Source: an uncultured delta proteobacterium
GTDB taxonomy: Bacteria > Desulfobacterota > WTBG01
NCBI GenBank assembly: GCA_963793865.1
Contig: CAWCBP010000004.1
Span: 288,001 to 352,000 of the forward strand
Direction of reading: 5' to 3'
Length of the DNA stretch: 64,000 bases
Shown here: positions 19,271 through 29,731 of the stretch, piece by piece
Layout: the number at the start of each line of letters is the position of its first letter
Numbering within the stretch: the first letter of the stretch is position 1
Position numbers and translations under genes: made by a program
The notes under the pieces: generated by a model
Seen by the model: the letters and a program-made list of their open reading frames with translations, nothing else
Databases searched by the model: none
What the model was told of the DNA's origin: nothing

Positions 19271-20740
19271 CTACATCAGCATCTCAATCGATGCCCTGGC
19301 AATTTGCAGATAGCGCGCAGGAAGTATGCCCATGTGGAGGGTAAAAAATATTGTGATGAGCAGGGCAACAATCATGGGAAAGGAAAAAGAAAGATTGCCG
19401 ACCTCCTTAACCGGGTCCCTCATGTACATGACCACGGTGACCCTGAGATAGTAATAGGCGGCGATGAGGCTGTTTAAAACGCCGATGATGGTAAGCCAGA
19501 TAAATCCCTGTTTTACCGCGGCGCTGAAAATATAAAATTTGCCGATAAAACCGGCCAGCGGCGGAATGCCTGCCAGGGACAACATGAAGACGGCCATGGC
19601 AGCCGACAGCCAGGGATACTTAAAGCCGGCCCCGGCGTAGTCCGTCACCAGGATGTTTTCCTCACCCTTCTTCCCGTAGAGGATGACGATGGCAAATGCC
19701 CCCAGGTTCATGAGGGTGTAGGCCATGAGGTAATAGATAATGCTGGTCGTGGCCAGGCTTCCCCCCGCTGTCATTGCCACCAGAATATAGCCGGCATGGG
19801 CAATGCTGGAGTAGGCCAGCATGCGCTTGATGTTTTCCTGGCTTATTGCCACCAGGTTTCCCAGGGTCATGGTCACCGCGGACAGCACCCAGAGAATCAT
19901 GGTCCAGTCCGGCCTCAGCGACTCGAACGAGGAGAGAAAAACCCTCAGGAAGGCGGAGAACGCGGCCGCCTTCACCCCCACCGACATAAAGGCGGTTATG
20001 GAGGTCGGCGCCCCCTCGTACACATCGGGTGTCCACATGTGGAAGGGCACCAGGGCCACCTTGAAGCCGAAGCCCACCAGGAGGAGCCCCACGGCGGCGA
20101 GCACCAGGGGGCTGGAGGCAAGCAGCGGCGTGCTTTGAATGTAAGCGGCGATGGCAGGCAGGCGGGTGGTGCCCGTCGCGCCGTAGATGAAGGCAATGCC
20201 GTACAGCAGAAAGGCGCTGGAAAACGCGCCCAGCAGAAAATATTTCAGCGCCGATTCATTGGACTTAAGGCTGTTTCTCAAAAAACCCACCAGCACGTAC
20301 ACGGAGACGGAGAGGGTTTCCAGGCCGAGAAAGACGACCATCAGGTCATTGGCCTTGGCCATGATCATCATCCCCACCGTCGCCAGCAGGATGAGCACGT
20401 AAAACTCCCCGTAGTTGATCCCCTCCAGCCTGATGTAGTTTACCGAGATGAGCACGGTGATGAACGCCGCCGCCGCGAAGAGGCCGGTAAAAAAGAGGCT
20501 GAAGCGGTCCACCACGATCATGGCGTTAAAGGCGTGCTCCGCGACACCGTCCGCCCAGATGCCGGCGGAGGCAACGAACGAAGTGGCCAGGCCGAGCAGG
20601 GTCACCCATGCCAGGGGCGTCTTGTTGTCCTTTCCCAGCGCGAGATCGGTGAGCAGCACCACCAGGGCGGTGACCAGCACCATCAGTTCGGGCAGCACCG
20701 CCCGCATGTTTATCAGCGGAAGAACTATCGGCTCCATCAT
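19271..20740 (-). CDS. nuoN: NADH-quinone oxidoreductase subunit N
   Basis: ESALKYFLLGAFSS, FKVALVPFHMWTPDVYEGAP, KRMLAYSSIAHAGY, SLAGIPPLAGF. Confidence 0.97.
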   Translation of the reverse strand: MMEPIVLPLINMRAVLPELMVLVTALVVLLTDLALGKDNKTPLAWVTLLGLATSFVASAGIWADGVAEHAFNAMIVVDRFSLFFTGLFAAAAFITVLISVNYIRLEGINYGEFYVLILLATVGMMIMAKANDLMVVFLGLETLSVSVYVLVGFLRNSLKSNESALKYFLLGAFSSAFLLYGIAFIYGATGTTRLPAIAAYIQSTPLLASSPLVLAAVGLLLVGFGFKVALVPFHMWTPDVYEGAPTSITAFMSVGVKAAAFSAFLRVFLSSFESLRPDWTMILWVLSAVTMTLGNLVAISQENIKRMLAYSSIAHAGYILVAMTAGGSLATTSIIYYLMAYTLMNLGAFAIVILYGKKGEENILVTDYAGAGFKYPWLSAAMAVFMLSLAGIPPLAGFIGKFYIFSAAVKQGFIWLTIIGVLNSLIAAYYYLRVTVVMYMRDPVKEVGNLSFSFPMIVALLITIFFTLHMGILPARYLQIARASIEMLM

Positions 20741-22308
20741 CGATCTCCTGTCCTCTCGTGCCGGGCACCGGGTACCGTGGAAACCATCTTCACTTCAGCA
20801 CCGCGCCGTGACGTTTTCGATTCTACCTGGGTAATCAGGTGCTTGACCGTGGCATCCATCCGGGACAAAAACGGCCTTGGATAGACGCCGATCTGCACGA
20901 TAAAGAAAATCAGCGGGAGCAGCACACAAACCTCCCGCAGCGAAAGGTCCTTAAGCGTCCGGTTCGCCTCTTTGGTGATCTCTCCGAACATCACCCGCTG
21001 GAACATCCACAGCATGTAGACCGCGGCGAAAATGACCCCGAGCGCGGCAAAAACGGCGTAGGCGGCGTTGGCCCTGAACGTGCCCAGGAGGATCAGGAAC
21101 TCCCCCACGAACCCGTTGAGCCCGGGCAGGCCCACCGACGACAGGGTGACGATCATGAAGAAGGTGGCAAAAACCGGCATCACCTTGGAAAGGCCGCCGA
21201 ACTCCTCGATGAGGCGGGTGTGCCGGCGCTCATAGATCATCCCCACGATGAGGAAGAGGGCGCCGGTTGAAAAGCCGTGATTGAGCATCTGCAGGATGCC
21301 CCCTTCGAGGCCCTGGATGTTAAGCGCGAAGATGCCCAGCACCACGAACCCCAGATGGCTCACGCTGGAAAAGGCGATCATCCGCTTCAGGTCCTTCTGC
21401 ACAATGCAGACCAGGGCGCCGTAGACGATGCCGATGATGGCCAGCACGGACATGAGGGGGACGAAGGCAATCGTGGCCTCGGCAAACAGGGGGAGGTTGA
21501 AGCGCAGGAATCCGTAGGTTCCCATTTTCAGGAGCACCGCCGCCAGCAGCACGCTCCCCACCGTCGGCGCCTCGGTGTGGGCGTCGGGAAGCCAGGTATG
21601 AAAGGGAAACATGGGGACCTTGATGGCGAAGGCCAGGGCAAAGGCCAGAAACAGCCAGATCTGCATCCCGTAGGGAATGGAGAGCTTGTAGAGGTCCTCG
21701 AGCATGAAGGTATAGGTGCCGGTAACGCTGTGGTTGTAAAAGTAGAGCACCAGGATGGCAACCAGCATCAAGAGGCTTCCGAACATGGTGAAGAGAAAGA
21801 ACTTGACCGCCGCGTAAATCCTGCGGGCGGGCGCCCCCCAGACCCCGATGAGCAGGTACATGGGGATGAGCATGACCTCCCAGAAGATGTAAAAGAGGAA
21901 GAGGTCCAGCGAGACAAAGACGCCGATGACCCCCGTCTCCAGCAGCAGCAGGCAGATCATGAACCCCTTCACCTTCTCCTGGATGTCCTTCCAGCAGGCA
22001 ACCACCGAGATGGCCGTCAGAAAGGTGGTGAGCAGGACCAGGAAGAGGCTGATGCCGTCCACGCCCAAATGGTAGCTGATGCCGTATTCTTCCACCCAGG
22101 GAACGGTGGTGACGAACTGAAATTCGTGGGTGGTGCAGTCGAAGGCCCGGTAGAGAAGCAGGGAAATCAGGAAATTGAGCAGCGCCGTCAAAAAGGTGAT
22201 GCCCTTGATCACGGCGGGCTTCTCCCTGCTGACGCCGACTATGAGCAGTATGCCGGCCAGGGGCAGAAAAATCAAAACCGAGAGGATATCAAAGCTGATG
22301 TTGGTCAT
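20737..22308 (-). CDS. nuoM: NADH-quinone oxidoreductase subunit M
   Basis: FWEVMLIPMY, KVPMFPFHTWLPDAHTEAPT, LLKMGTYG, GLPGLNGFVGEF. Confidence 0.97.
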   Translation of the reverse strand: MTNISFDILSVLIFLPLAGILLIVGVSREKPAVIKGITFLTALLNFLISLLLYRAFDCTTHEFQFVTTVPWVEEYGISYHLGVDGISLFLVLLTTFLTAISVVACWKDIQEKVKGFMICLLLLETGVIGVFVSLDLFLFYIFWEVMLIPMYLLIGVWGAPARRIYAAVKFFLFTMFGSLLMLVAILVLYFYNHSVTGTYTFMLEDLYKLSIPYGMQIWLFLAFALAFAIKVPMFPFHTWLPDAHTEAPTVGSVLLAAVLLKMGTYGFLRFNLPLFAEATIAFVPLMSVLAIIGIVYGALVCIVQKDLKRMIAFSSVSHLGFVVLGIFALNIQGLEGGILQMLNHGFSTGALFLIVGMIYERRHTRLIEEFGGLSKVMPVFATFFMIVTLSSVGLPGLNGFVGEFLILLGTFRANAAYAVFAALGVIFAAVYMLWMFQRVMFGEITKEANRTLKDLSLREVCVLLPLIFFIVQIGVYPRPFLSRMDATVKHLITQVESKTSRRGAEVKMVSTVPGARHERTGDR

Positions 22309-22329
22309 TGTTCTCCCTTTTCCCTCCCA

Positions 22330-24297
22330 TCATTTCATGATCACGTAGAGGATGACCGCCAGGCCGAAGAGGATGGAGAGGGCATAGTTCTGGACAAAGC
22401 CCGTCTGCACATATTTGAGCAGGCCGCTCGCTTTTTTCACCAAGGCGGCGGACCCGTTCACCAGCGCACCGTCCACCACCTGTTCATCCAATCCCTTCCA
22501 GAGGAAGGTGGAGATGCTTTTTAAAGGCTCGACCACCAGCGCGTTATAAATCTCATCCACAAAGTACTTGTTGGTGAGCAGGTGGTAATAGCCCTTGAAG
22601 CGCCCGGCGATTTTATCAGGAAGCTCCGGCCGCCTGATATACAGATAGTAGGCGGTTATGATCCCGGCAAGCCCGATGGCGACGGAAACCCCCATCATCA
22701 GCAGCTCCAGGCCCGCCGAATGGTGCGCGAGCGGCTCCGCGGCGGCCGCCCCTTCGGAGGCAAATGCCAGCCCCGAGTACACCTTTTGCGCCACCTCCGC
22801 CGCGTGCCCGGCAACCACCGGCGCGAGGAAATCGTGGATGCGGTTCCATCCCGGGATCAGGGGAATGCCCACCAGGCCTCCGATGACCGAAAGCACCGCC
22901 AGAATCAGCAGGGGGACGGTCATCACCGGGGGGGATTCGTGGACATGGTGCTCAACCTCCGGCTCCATGCGCGATGTCCCGTAAAAGGTCATGAAGACGG
23001 CGCGGAACATGTAGAAGGCGGTCATGAAGGCGGCAAACGCCGCAACCGCCCAGAGGAGGAAGCTCTTCTGGAAGGCATTCCAGAGTATCTCGTCCTTGCT
23101 GAAAAAACCGGCAAAGGGCGGAATGCCGGCTATGGCCAGGCATCCGATGAAGAAGGTCATGTAGGTCACCGGCAGGCGGGACTTTAATCCCCCCATTTTC
23201 CTCATGTCCAGTTCGCCCGACAGGGCATGCATCACGCTGCCTGCGCAGAGAAAGAGCAGGGCCTTGAAAAAGGCGTGCGTCATCAGGTGGAAAATGCCGG
23301 CGGCAAAGGACCCCACCCCGCAGGCCAGAAACATGTAGCCCAGCTGGCTGATGGTGGAGTAGGCCAGGACCCGCTTGATGTCGTTGGCGACAATGGCAAT
23401 GGAGGCGGTAAAGATGGCGGTAAGCGCGCCGATGACGGCAACCACCTGCATGGACAGGGGCGCAAGCGTGTAAAGGGCGCTGCACCGGGCCACCATGTAA
23501 ACGCCGGCGGTGACCATGGTCGCCGCGTGGATGAGGGCGCTGACCGGGGTCGGGCCTTCCATGGCGTCGGGAAGCCAGACATAGAGCGGGATCTGCGCGG
23601 ACTTGCCGCAGGCCCCGACAAAGAGAAGCAGGGTAATCAGCGTCACCGTGAGCTCTCCCCCCTTGAAGAACTGGGGCGCTTTTTCGAAAACGGGAAGAAA
23701 ATCGAGGCTGCCGAACACCACGAAGATGAGCATCATGGCCAGCAGAAAGCCGTAGTCCCCGATGCGGTTGACGATAAAGGCCTTCTTGCCCGCGTCGGCC
23801 GGCGCCTTCTTCCGGTACCAGAAGCCGATGAGCAGGTAGCTGCACAGCCCCACTCCCTCCCAGCCGATGAACATGAGCAGAAAGCTGTTGGCCGAAACCA
23901 GGATGAGCATGAAGAACACAAACAGGTTCAGGTAGGTGAAGTAGCGGCGGAACCCGGGGTCATCGTGCATGTAGCCGACTGAATAGACATGAATGACAAA
24001 GGAGACGCCGGACACGGTGAGCATCATGATGAGCGAGAGGGCGTCCACCAGGAAGCCGATGTTCACCTGCAGGTCGCCGCAGGGTATCCAGCGGTAGAGC
24101 AGGATCTCAAAAACCCTCGCCTGGGGATCGGCCTGCAGCACCTGCGCCAGGATGAGGCAGGAAACCAGAAAGGAAAGCAGGATCATCGCCGACCCGATGA
24201 TGCCGGTCAGGGTCTTGGGAAAGCGAATGCCCGCGAGGCCGTTCAGCAGCACGCCGATGAGGGGAAACGCGGGAACAAGCCATACATAGTCAATCAT
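22330..24297 (-). CDS. nuoL: NADH-quinone oxidoreductase subunit L
   Basis: GWEGVGLCSYLLIGFW, GKSAQIPLYVWLPDAMEGPTPVSALIHAATMV, HAFFKALLFL. Confidence 0.97.
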   Translation of the reverse strand: MIDYVWLVPAFPLIGVLLNGLAGIRFPKTLTGIIGSAMILLSFLVSCLILAQVLQADPQARVFEILLYRWIPCGDLQVNIGFLVDALSLIMMLTVSGVSFVIHVYSVGYMHDDPGFRRYFTYLNLFVFFMLILVSANSFLLMFIGWEGVGLCSYLLIGFWYRKKAPADAGKKAFIVNRIGDYGFLLAMMLIFVVFGSLDFLPVFEKAPQFFKGGELTVTLITLLLFVGACGKSAQIPLYVWLPDAMEGPTPVSALIHAATMVTAGVYMVARCSALYTLAPLSMQVVAVIGALTAIFTASIAIVANDIKRVLAYSTISQLGYMFLACGVGSFAAGIFHLMTHAFFKALLFLCAGSVMHALSGELDMRKMGGLKSRLPVTYMTFFIGCLAIAGIPPFAGFFSKDEILWNAFQKSFLLWAVAAFAAFMTAFYMFRAVFMTFYGTSRMEPEVEHHVHESPPVMTVPLLILAVLSVIGGLVGIPLIPGWNRIHDFLAPVVAGHAAEVAQKVYSGLAFASEGAAAAEPLAHHSAGLELLMMGVSVAIGLAGIITAYYLYIRRPELPDKIAGRFKGYYHLLTNKYFVDEIYNALVVEPLKSISTFLWKGLDEQVVDGALVNGSAALVKKASGLLKYVQTGFVQNYALSILFGLAVILYVIMK

Positions 24298-24313
24298 GAT
24301 GATGCTCCTTCAT

Positions 24314-24616
24314 CTACCACTTCATGAGATTGATATCGTCAACGTTTAAGGTTTCCCTGTTCCGGTAGAGCGCGATGATGATGCCCAGTCCCACGGCGGC
24401 CTCGGCGGCGGCCACGGTCATGACGAAAAAGACAAACACCTGGCCGTCGAGAGAGTCAAGGTGGCGGGAAAAGGTTATGAAGGCCAGGTTGGCCGCGTTG
24501 AGCATCAGCTCGATGCACATGAAGATGACGATGGCGTTCCGTCTGGTGAACACGCCCCACACGCCGATAAAAAAGAGGATGACGCTTAAAATCAGATAAT
24601 GGGAAAGGGGAACCAT
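24314..24616 (-). CDS. nuoK: NADH-quinone oxidoreductase subunit K
   Basis: [27 protein letters not shown]. Confidence 0.97.
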   Translation of the reverse strand: MVPLSHYLILSVILFFIGVWGVFTRRNAIVIFMCIELMLNAANLAFITFSRHLDSLDGQVFVFFVMTVAAAEAAVGLGIIIALYRNRETLNVDDINLMKW

Positions 24617-24654
24617 GGCTTGCGTCCTTTCTGTGCCGCCCCGGGCGGGACGGT

Positions 24655-25164
24655 TTAGAGCTTCTTTTTGGCCAGCACCACCGCCCCGATGATGGCGGCC
24701 AGCAGCAGCACCGAGGTTATCTCAAAGGGCAGAAGAAAATCGGTAAAGAGCGCCTTTCCGATGAGCGCGCTGTTGCCGATGGCATCGACCTTCTCCGGGG
24801 GATACGCCCCCTTGGCTCCGGTGAAGACGCTCATGGTGCTTGCGGATATGAAGGAAAAGGCGATGGCCAGGCACAGCACCAGGGCCCAGAACTTCTGCGG
24901 CCCCCGGCCGTCCCCCGCGGAAGACTCCCGATCCACGTTGAGCAGCATGATCACGAACAGAAACAGCACCATGATCGCACCGGCATAGACAATCACCTGA
25001 ACGGCGGCGATGAACTGGGCGTTAAGCTGGAGGAAGATGCCCGCCAGGCAGAAGAAGCACAGGATCAGAAAGAGCGCGCTGTGCACGGGGTTCCTTCTTA
25101 AAATCACCATCAGCGATGAAATCACCATCACTGCGGCCAGACTGTAAAAAATAAGCGCTTCCAT
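24655..25164 (-). CDS. nuoJ: NADH-quinone oxidoreductase subunit J
   Basis: [41 protein letters not shown]. Confidence 0.97.
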   Translation of the reverse strand: MEALIFYSLAAVMVISSLMVILRRNPVHSALFLILCFFCLAGIFLQLNAQFIAAVQVIVYAGAIMVLFLFVIMLLNVDRESSAGDGRGPQKFWALVLCLAIAFSFISASTMSVFTGAKGAYPPEKVDAIGNSALIGKALFTDFLLPFEITSVLLLAAIIGAVVLAKKKL

Positions 25165-25254
25165 AGAGTAACCTCTTGGTCAACGGTAGTTATCAGCCAA
25201 CAGATGGTACTTACACACCAGAGATGTTGAGTGGCATCAACCCGGGTCCCTTCC

Positions 25255-25689
25255 CTACTCTCTGAGGAGCCGCTCCTTGGTGTAGATCATGCTCTCCCGG
25301 GTGTAATCGGCAAGCTCATAGTCGCCGGTCAGCAAAAGGGCCCCCACCGGGCAGGCCTCCACGCAGTAGCCGCAGAAGATGCAGCGGGAGATGTCAATCT
25401 GGTAATGCTGGGCGTACTTGACATTGTTTTCCTTCTCACCCGCCTCAACGGTGATGCAGCGGGCGGGGCACACCGCCGCGCAGAGCGAGCAGGCCACGCA
25501 CTTTTCTTTGCCCTCTTCATCCCGCAAAAGCTTATGCAGGCCGTGAAAGCGGGGATAGGGGGTCCGCCGCTCCTCGGGATACATTTGGGTGATGGGCTTC
25601 CCCAGTATGGTCGTACCGAGAAAATATGCCAGGGTTTCCTTCAGTCCCACCAGCAGCGCCCAGATGCGTTTGATCACAGAACCTACCAT
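25255..25689 (-). CDS. nuoI: NADH-quinone oxidoreductase subunit I
   Basis: CVACSLCAAVCP and CIFCGYCVEACP; YPEER. Confidence 0.97.
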   Translation of the reverse strand: MVGSVIKRIWALLVGLKETLAYFLGTTILGKPITQMYPEERRTPYPRFHGLHKLLRDEEGKEKCVACSLCAAVCPARCITVEAGEKENNVKYAQHYQIDISRCIFCGYCVEACPVGALLLTGDYELADYTRESMIYTKERLLRE

Positions 25690-25703
25690 GCTTCATCCTT
25701 TGC

Positions 25704-26750
25704 TTAAAGCAGATTAACCATTAGCAGAACGGCGGTGACTACAATATTAAGCAGCGCCAGTGGAAACAGAACCTTCCAGCCAAACTCCATCAGCTGGTCA
25801 TAGCGCAGGCGCGGATAGGTCGCCCGGAGCCAGATGAAGAAAAAGAGGCAGAGGAAGACCTTGGCGCCGAAGACGCCCATGGGGATCAGGGCAACCGCCA
25901 GCTGACCCGCCGGGTTAGAAGGCTGGAAGCTGCTGATGTCCACAAACGGCAGGTGCCACCCCCCGAGAAACAGGGTGGTAATCAGCGAGCCCATGACGAT
26001 CATGTGGGCGTACTCGGCCATGAAGAAAAGGGCGAACTTCATGCTGGAATATTCCACGTGGAAGCCGGCCACCAGCTCGTTCTCCGCTTCAGGCAGATCA
26101 AAGGGCGAGCGGTTGCACTCGGCTATGCCGCAGATGAGAAAGATGATGAACCCTATCGGCTGCTGCACCACGTACCAGATGTCCGACTGGGCCCGCACCA
26201 CCTCAACCAGGCTCAGCGACCCGGTGAGCATGAGCACCCCGATGACCGAGAGCCCCATGGCGATCTCGTAGCTGATCATCTGCGCCGAGGAGCGGATCCC
26301 GCCCATGAGCGCGTATTTATTATTGGAGGCCCATCCCGCCAGGGTCACGCCGTACACGTTCATGGAGCCGAGGGCAAAGATGTAGAGGATGCCGATGTCC
26401 ACGTCGGCAACCCGCAGATCGATGGTATGACCGAAGAGGGTGATCACGTTGCCGAAGGGAACCACCGCGAACGAGGCGAAGGCGCAGACCGCCACGATGA
26501 AGGGGGCAAGGATGTAGATGACCTTGTTGGCCTTCTCCACCACGATATCCTCTTTGAAAAAGAGCTTGATGCCGTCGGCAATGGGCTGCAGCAGGCCGTG
26601 CCAGCCCGTTCTCATGGGGCCGTAGCGCACCTGCATGTGCCCGAGCACCTTGCGCTCCAGCCAGGTGAGATAGGCGACGCAGGTGAGCAGTACGATAAAC
26701 ACCACTATGACCTTAAGCAGCATTATTATCATGGCAGCCATACTTGTCAT
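25704..26750 (-). CDS. nuoH: NADH-quinone oxidoreductase subunit H
   Basis: ERKVLGHMQVRYGP, GLLQPIADGIKL, NRSPFDLPEAENEL, RLRYDQLM. Confidence 0.97.
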   Translation of the reverse strand: MTSMAAMIIMLLKVIVVFIVLLTCVAYLTWLERKVLGHMQVRYGPMRTGWHGLLQPIADGIKLFFKEDIVVEKANKVIYILAPFIVAVCAFASFAVVPFGNVITLFGHTIDLRVADVDIGILYIFALGSMNVYGVTLAGWASNNKYALMGGIRSSAQMISYEIAMGLSVIGVLMLTGSLSLVEVVRAQSDIWYVVQQPIGFIIFLICGIAECNRSPFDLPEAENELVAGFHVEYSSMKFALFFMAEYAHMIVMGSLITTLFLGGWHLPFVDISSFQPSNPAGQLAVALIPMGVFGAKVFLCLFFFIWLRATYPRLRYDQLMEFGWKVLFPLALLNIVVTAVLLMVNLL

Positions 26751-26843
26751 GGGAATGTATCTCTCCTGCAGATGCGCAATCAGCTAAATAAGTGCATTCA
26801 TCCTGTTGATCTGAAATCCGAAATTCGAATAAACTTTTTACAT

Positions 26844-26989
26844 GAGATTGCTTCGTCGCTTATGCTCCTCGCAATGACCGTATTGGTGCGTCATTGCGTG
26901 AATTTGTCATTGCGAGCCCTTCGCTTGTCATTCTGAGCAACGCGAAGAATCTTGTTTTTGGCTCAGGATAAACTCCGCGCGGCAATCTC
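26844..26989. repeat. Nested GTCATTGCGAG..GCAATCTC-type palindromic repeat cluster inside the nuo operon
   Basis: GAGATTGCTTCGTCGC..CTCGCAATGAC, then GTCATTGCGAGC[CCTTCGCTTGTCATTCTGAGCAACGCGAAGAATCT..GCTCAGGATAAACTCC]GCGCGGCAATCTC; same family at 57843-57950. Confidence 0.75.
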
Positions 26990-27056
26990 GTTTTTGGACA
27001 AATCTGAAACAGCATCTATAATTAACAAATAGCAAATTTAATTTGAATTATGCCTG

Positions 27057-29666
27057 CTACACCTTTTCCAGTTTGACCCAAGTCGGGACAAGATCCCTGC
27101 TGGTCAGCCGGTTGACGGGGTGGTCTGCAAAGTGGCAGGGAATATACACCATTCCCTTGGCCTGCTTTCTGCTGATTTTCACCTTTGCCTCCAGTGACCC
27201 CATCCTTGATGTAACCAGCACCTTCTCTCCATCCCCAAGGCCGTATGTCCCGGCATCGGCGGGAGACACCTCCACCCTGCCTCCGGACCCGAGCTCGTTC
27301 AACGCCGGGGCGTGGGTTGACAGGGAACCGGAATGAAAGAGCATGCTGCCGGTGCGCAGCAGCAGCGGATAGTCACCATCAATCCCGCGGGCCGGTTCGG
27401 CATGCTCGAGCGGGACAAAGCTGTAGCTCGTTCGCCCGCCGCCCGGCGGGGACGGCACAAGCCGGCCTCCCGCTCCGAGGGATTCGCAGCTGATGTCCGC
27501 GTAGAGAGGAACCAGCGAGCCGATCTCCCTCATCACGTCCTCAGGCCCGGCTGCCTGCATGACATGACCCATCCTGCGGGACAGCTCGCAGAAAATTTCC
27601 AGGTCTGTTTTGACCCCTTCCATCACCGGCAGCGCCGGGGACAGCGCCTGCACCCTCCGCTCGAAGCTGGTATAGGTGCCTTTTTTCTCGGCGAAGCTGG
27701 CCACCGGCAGCACGACGTCGGCCTGCCGGGCGGTGGGGGTTAAAAACATGTCCTGCACCACCAGGAAATCCAGGGACTCCAGGGCCTTCAGGGTGTATTC
27801 GCTTTCAGGATAGTTAAGCAGCGGGTTTTCCCCTGCCAGGTACAGCGCGTGCAGCCTGCCTTCCGCCGCGCTGGTGATCATTTCCATGGCATTTTGACCG
27901 GGCCGCGCGGGAAGGGTCACCTTCCACGCTTCTTCAAAGCGGCCCCGCGTCTTGTCATCACCCACTTCACCGAATCCGGGCAGAAAACCGGGAAGCACTC
28001 CCATGTCCAGGGTGCCCTGGGAATTGCACTTCTCCCCCAGGAAGGCGATGCCGCATCCCTCCCGCTTCACCATCCCGGTCAGCAGGGCGAGGTTGGCCAC
28101 CGCCAGACCCAGCTTTTCATCGTCCGCGGGAATCCCCAGGCCGGTGGAAAGGAGGATGCACAGCCGCCTGCTTCCCGCAATCAGGCGGGCTGCCTGCGCG
28201 AGGTCATCCCGGCCGACGCCGGTCACCCCTTCACAATACTCAGGGGTGTACCGGGCCACCGACCTGTTGAGGTTTTCAAGACCGGCGGTCGAGGAAGAGA
28301 CAAACTCCCTGTCGTACAGCCCCTCGCTGATAATGATATTGATCATGCCCTGGAGCAGGACCAGCTCGGTTTCGGGCCGGTGGATGAGCGCGCAGCTGGC
28401 CAGCCGGCTGTGCTTGATCGGCCGCTCGCCGGCGACAACCAGCTTTCGTTCGTCCCGTTTTACCGCCATGGTCACCTGGTATCCCACCACCGGATGCGTC
28501 TCGGAGAGGTGGGAGCGCAGCAGGAACACGGTGTCCGCATTGCGTATGTCGTTCAGCGTGGCCGTTCCCGCGGTCAAGCCCAGCGCAGGCCTCAGCCCCT
28601 TCATCAGCCCCGAGTAGCTGTATCCCCCGGCGTGGTCGATGTTGTTGGTGCCGACGACGGCGCGTAAAAATTTCTGAAACAGGTAGGCCTCCTCATTGGT
28701 CAGGCGGCCGGAGCAGATGCCGCCGATCCCGTCGGGCCCGTACTTTTGTTTGACCGCGCCCAAACCCCCGGCTATCTTCTCCATCGCCTCCGCCCAGGTG
28801 GCCCGCACCAGCCCCTCGGCGCCCTTTCTCACCAGGGGGCTGTTCATCCGCTCGGGGCTGGAGACATACCCGTAGCCGAACCGGCCCTTCGCGCAGAGGC
28901 TCCCGCGGTTGGCCCCGATGCTGTCGTCCCCGATCACCCGGTAGATGCGGTTGTTCTTCACCCCCAGGGTGATGGTGCAGCCGGTGCTGCAATATGAGCA
29001 GACGGTGCTGGTCCTGGTTAGCTCCCAGGAGCGCGCCTTGTATTTGAAAAGCTTGTCGGTGAGGGCGCCCACCGGGCAGATGTTAACGCACTCTCCGCAG
29101 AACTCGCAGTCCAGCACCCGGTCAAAGTCGGTGCCGATCCTGGTCTTGAATCCCCGGTTGACAAAGCTGATTTCGGATACGCCCACCATCTCCTCGCACA
29201 CCCGCGCGCACATACCGCAGAGGACGCAGCGGTTCACATTCCTTTCTATCAGGTGAGAGGCGGTTTCAGCCGGCTGGTTGAACTTGCGGTCAAGAAACCG
29301 GTTGCTGCTCACCTCGTATTCATACACCAGGTCCTGCAGCTTGCACTCGCCCCCCTTGTCGCACACGGGACAATCAAGGGGATGGTGCACCAGCAGGAGC
29401 TCAAGCAGCGTTTTGCGGGCGCTTCTCACCGCGGGGGTGTTGGTGCTTACCACCATGCCGTTGGCGGCCGGCGTGGAGCAGGAAGGGACCAGGCGGCCCT
29501 TCATCTGCTCGACCTCAACCACGCACATGCGGCACGCCCCGAAGGGCATCAGGCGCTTGTGGTAGCAAAAGGTGGGAATATAAACCCCGGCAGCCTCCGC
29601 AGCCTCGAGGATGCTGGAGCCGTCCGCTACCTCTATTTCCCGATCGTCAATGGTCAAACTGATCAT
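27057..29666 (-). CDS. nuoG: NuoG-like subunit (Fe-S N-terminus plus molybdopterin-oxidoreductase-fold domain lacking the FDH active-site motif)
   Basis: CYH..GACRMC..C (N1b), HPLDCPVCDKGGEC (N5), CVLCGMCARVC / CEFCGECVNICP, CSYCSTGC..C (N7). NNIDHAGGYS replaces the FDH NNIDHCAR(L)[C/U]H motif. Confidence 0.9.
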   Translation of the reverse strand: MISLTIDDREIEVADGSSILEAAEAAGVYIPTFCYHKRLMPFGACRMCVVEVEQMKGRLVPSCSTPAANGMVVSTNTPAVRSARKTLLELLLVHHPLDCPVCDKGGECKLQDLVYEYEVSSNRFLDRKFNQPAETASHLIERNVNRCVLCGMCARVCEEMVGVSEISFVNRGFKTRIGTDFDRVLDCEFCGECVNICPVGALTDKLFKYKARSWELTRTSTVCSYCSTGCTITLGVKNNRIYRVIGDDSIGANRGSLCAKGRFGYGYVSSPERMNSPLVRKGAEGLVRATWAEAMEKIAGGLGAVKQKYGPDGIGGICSGRLTNEEAYLFQKFLRAVVGTNNIDHAGGYSYSGLMKGLRPALGLTAGTATLNDIRNADTVFLLRSHLSETHPVVGYQVTMAVKRDERKLVVAGERPIKHSRLASCALIHRPETELVLLQGMINIIISEGLYDREFVSSSTAGLENLNRSVARYTPEYCEGVTGVGRDDLAQAARLIAGSRRLCILLSTGLGIPADDEKLGLAVANLALLTGMVKREGCGIAFLGEKCNSQGTLDMGVLPGFLPGFGEVGDDKTRGRFEEAWKVTLPARPGQNAMEMITSAAEGRLHALYLAGENPLLNYPESEYTLKALESLDFLVVQDMFLTPTARQADVVLPVASFAEKKGTYTSFERRVQALSPALPVMEGVKTDLEIFCELSRRMGHVMQAAGPEDVMREIGSLVPLYADISCESLGAGGRLVPSPPGGGRTSYSFVPLEHAEPARGIDGDYPLLLRTGSMLFHSGSLSTHAPALNELGSGGRVEVSPADAGTYGLGDGEKVLVTSRMGSLEAKVKISRKQAKGMVYIPCHFADHPVNRLTSRDLVPTWVKLEKV

Positions 29667-29731
29667 AATAAGCCTTCAACCTCGATGGTATCGCCTGTTT
29701 AATAAATTATCAATGGGCTACCGCCCCTTTG

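Noticed and set aside
27057..29666. Formate dehydrogenase alpha subunit, possibly a selenoprotein
   Set aside because: The Cys/Sec-His active-site motif is replaced by NNIDHAGGYS, there is no in-frame TGA, and the gene position matches nuoG.
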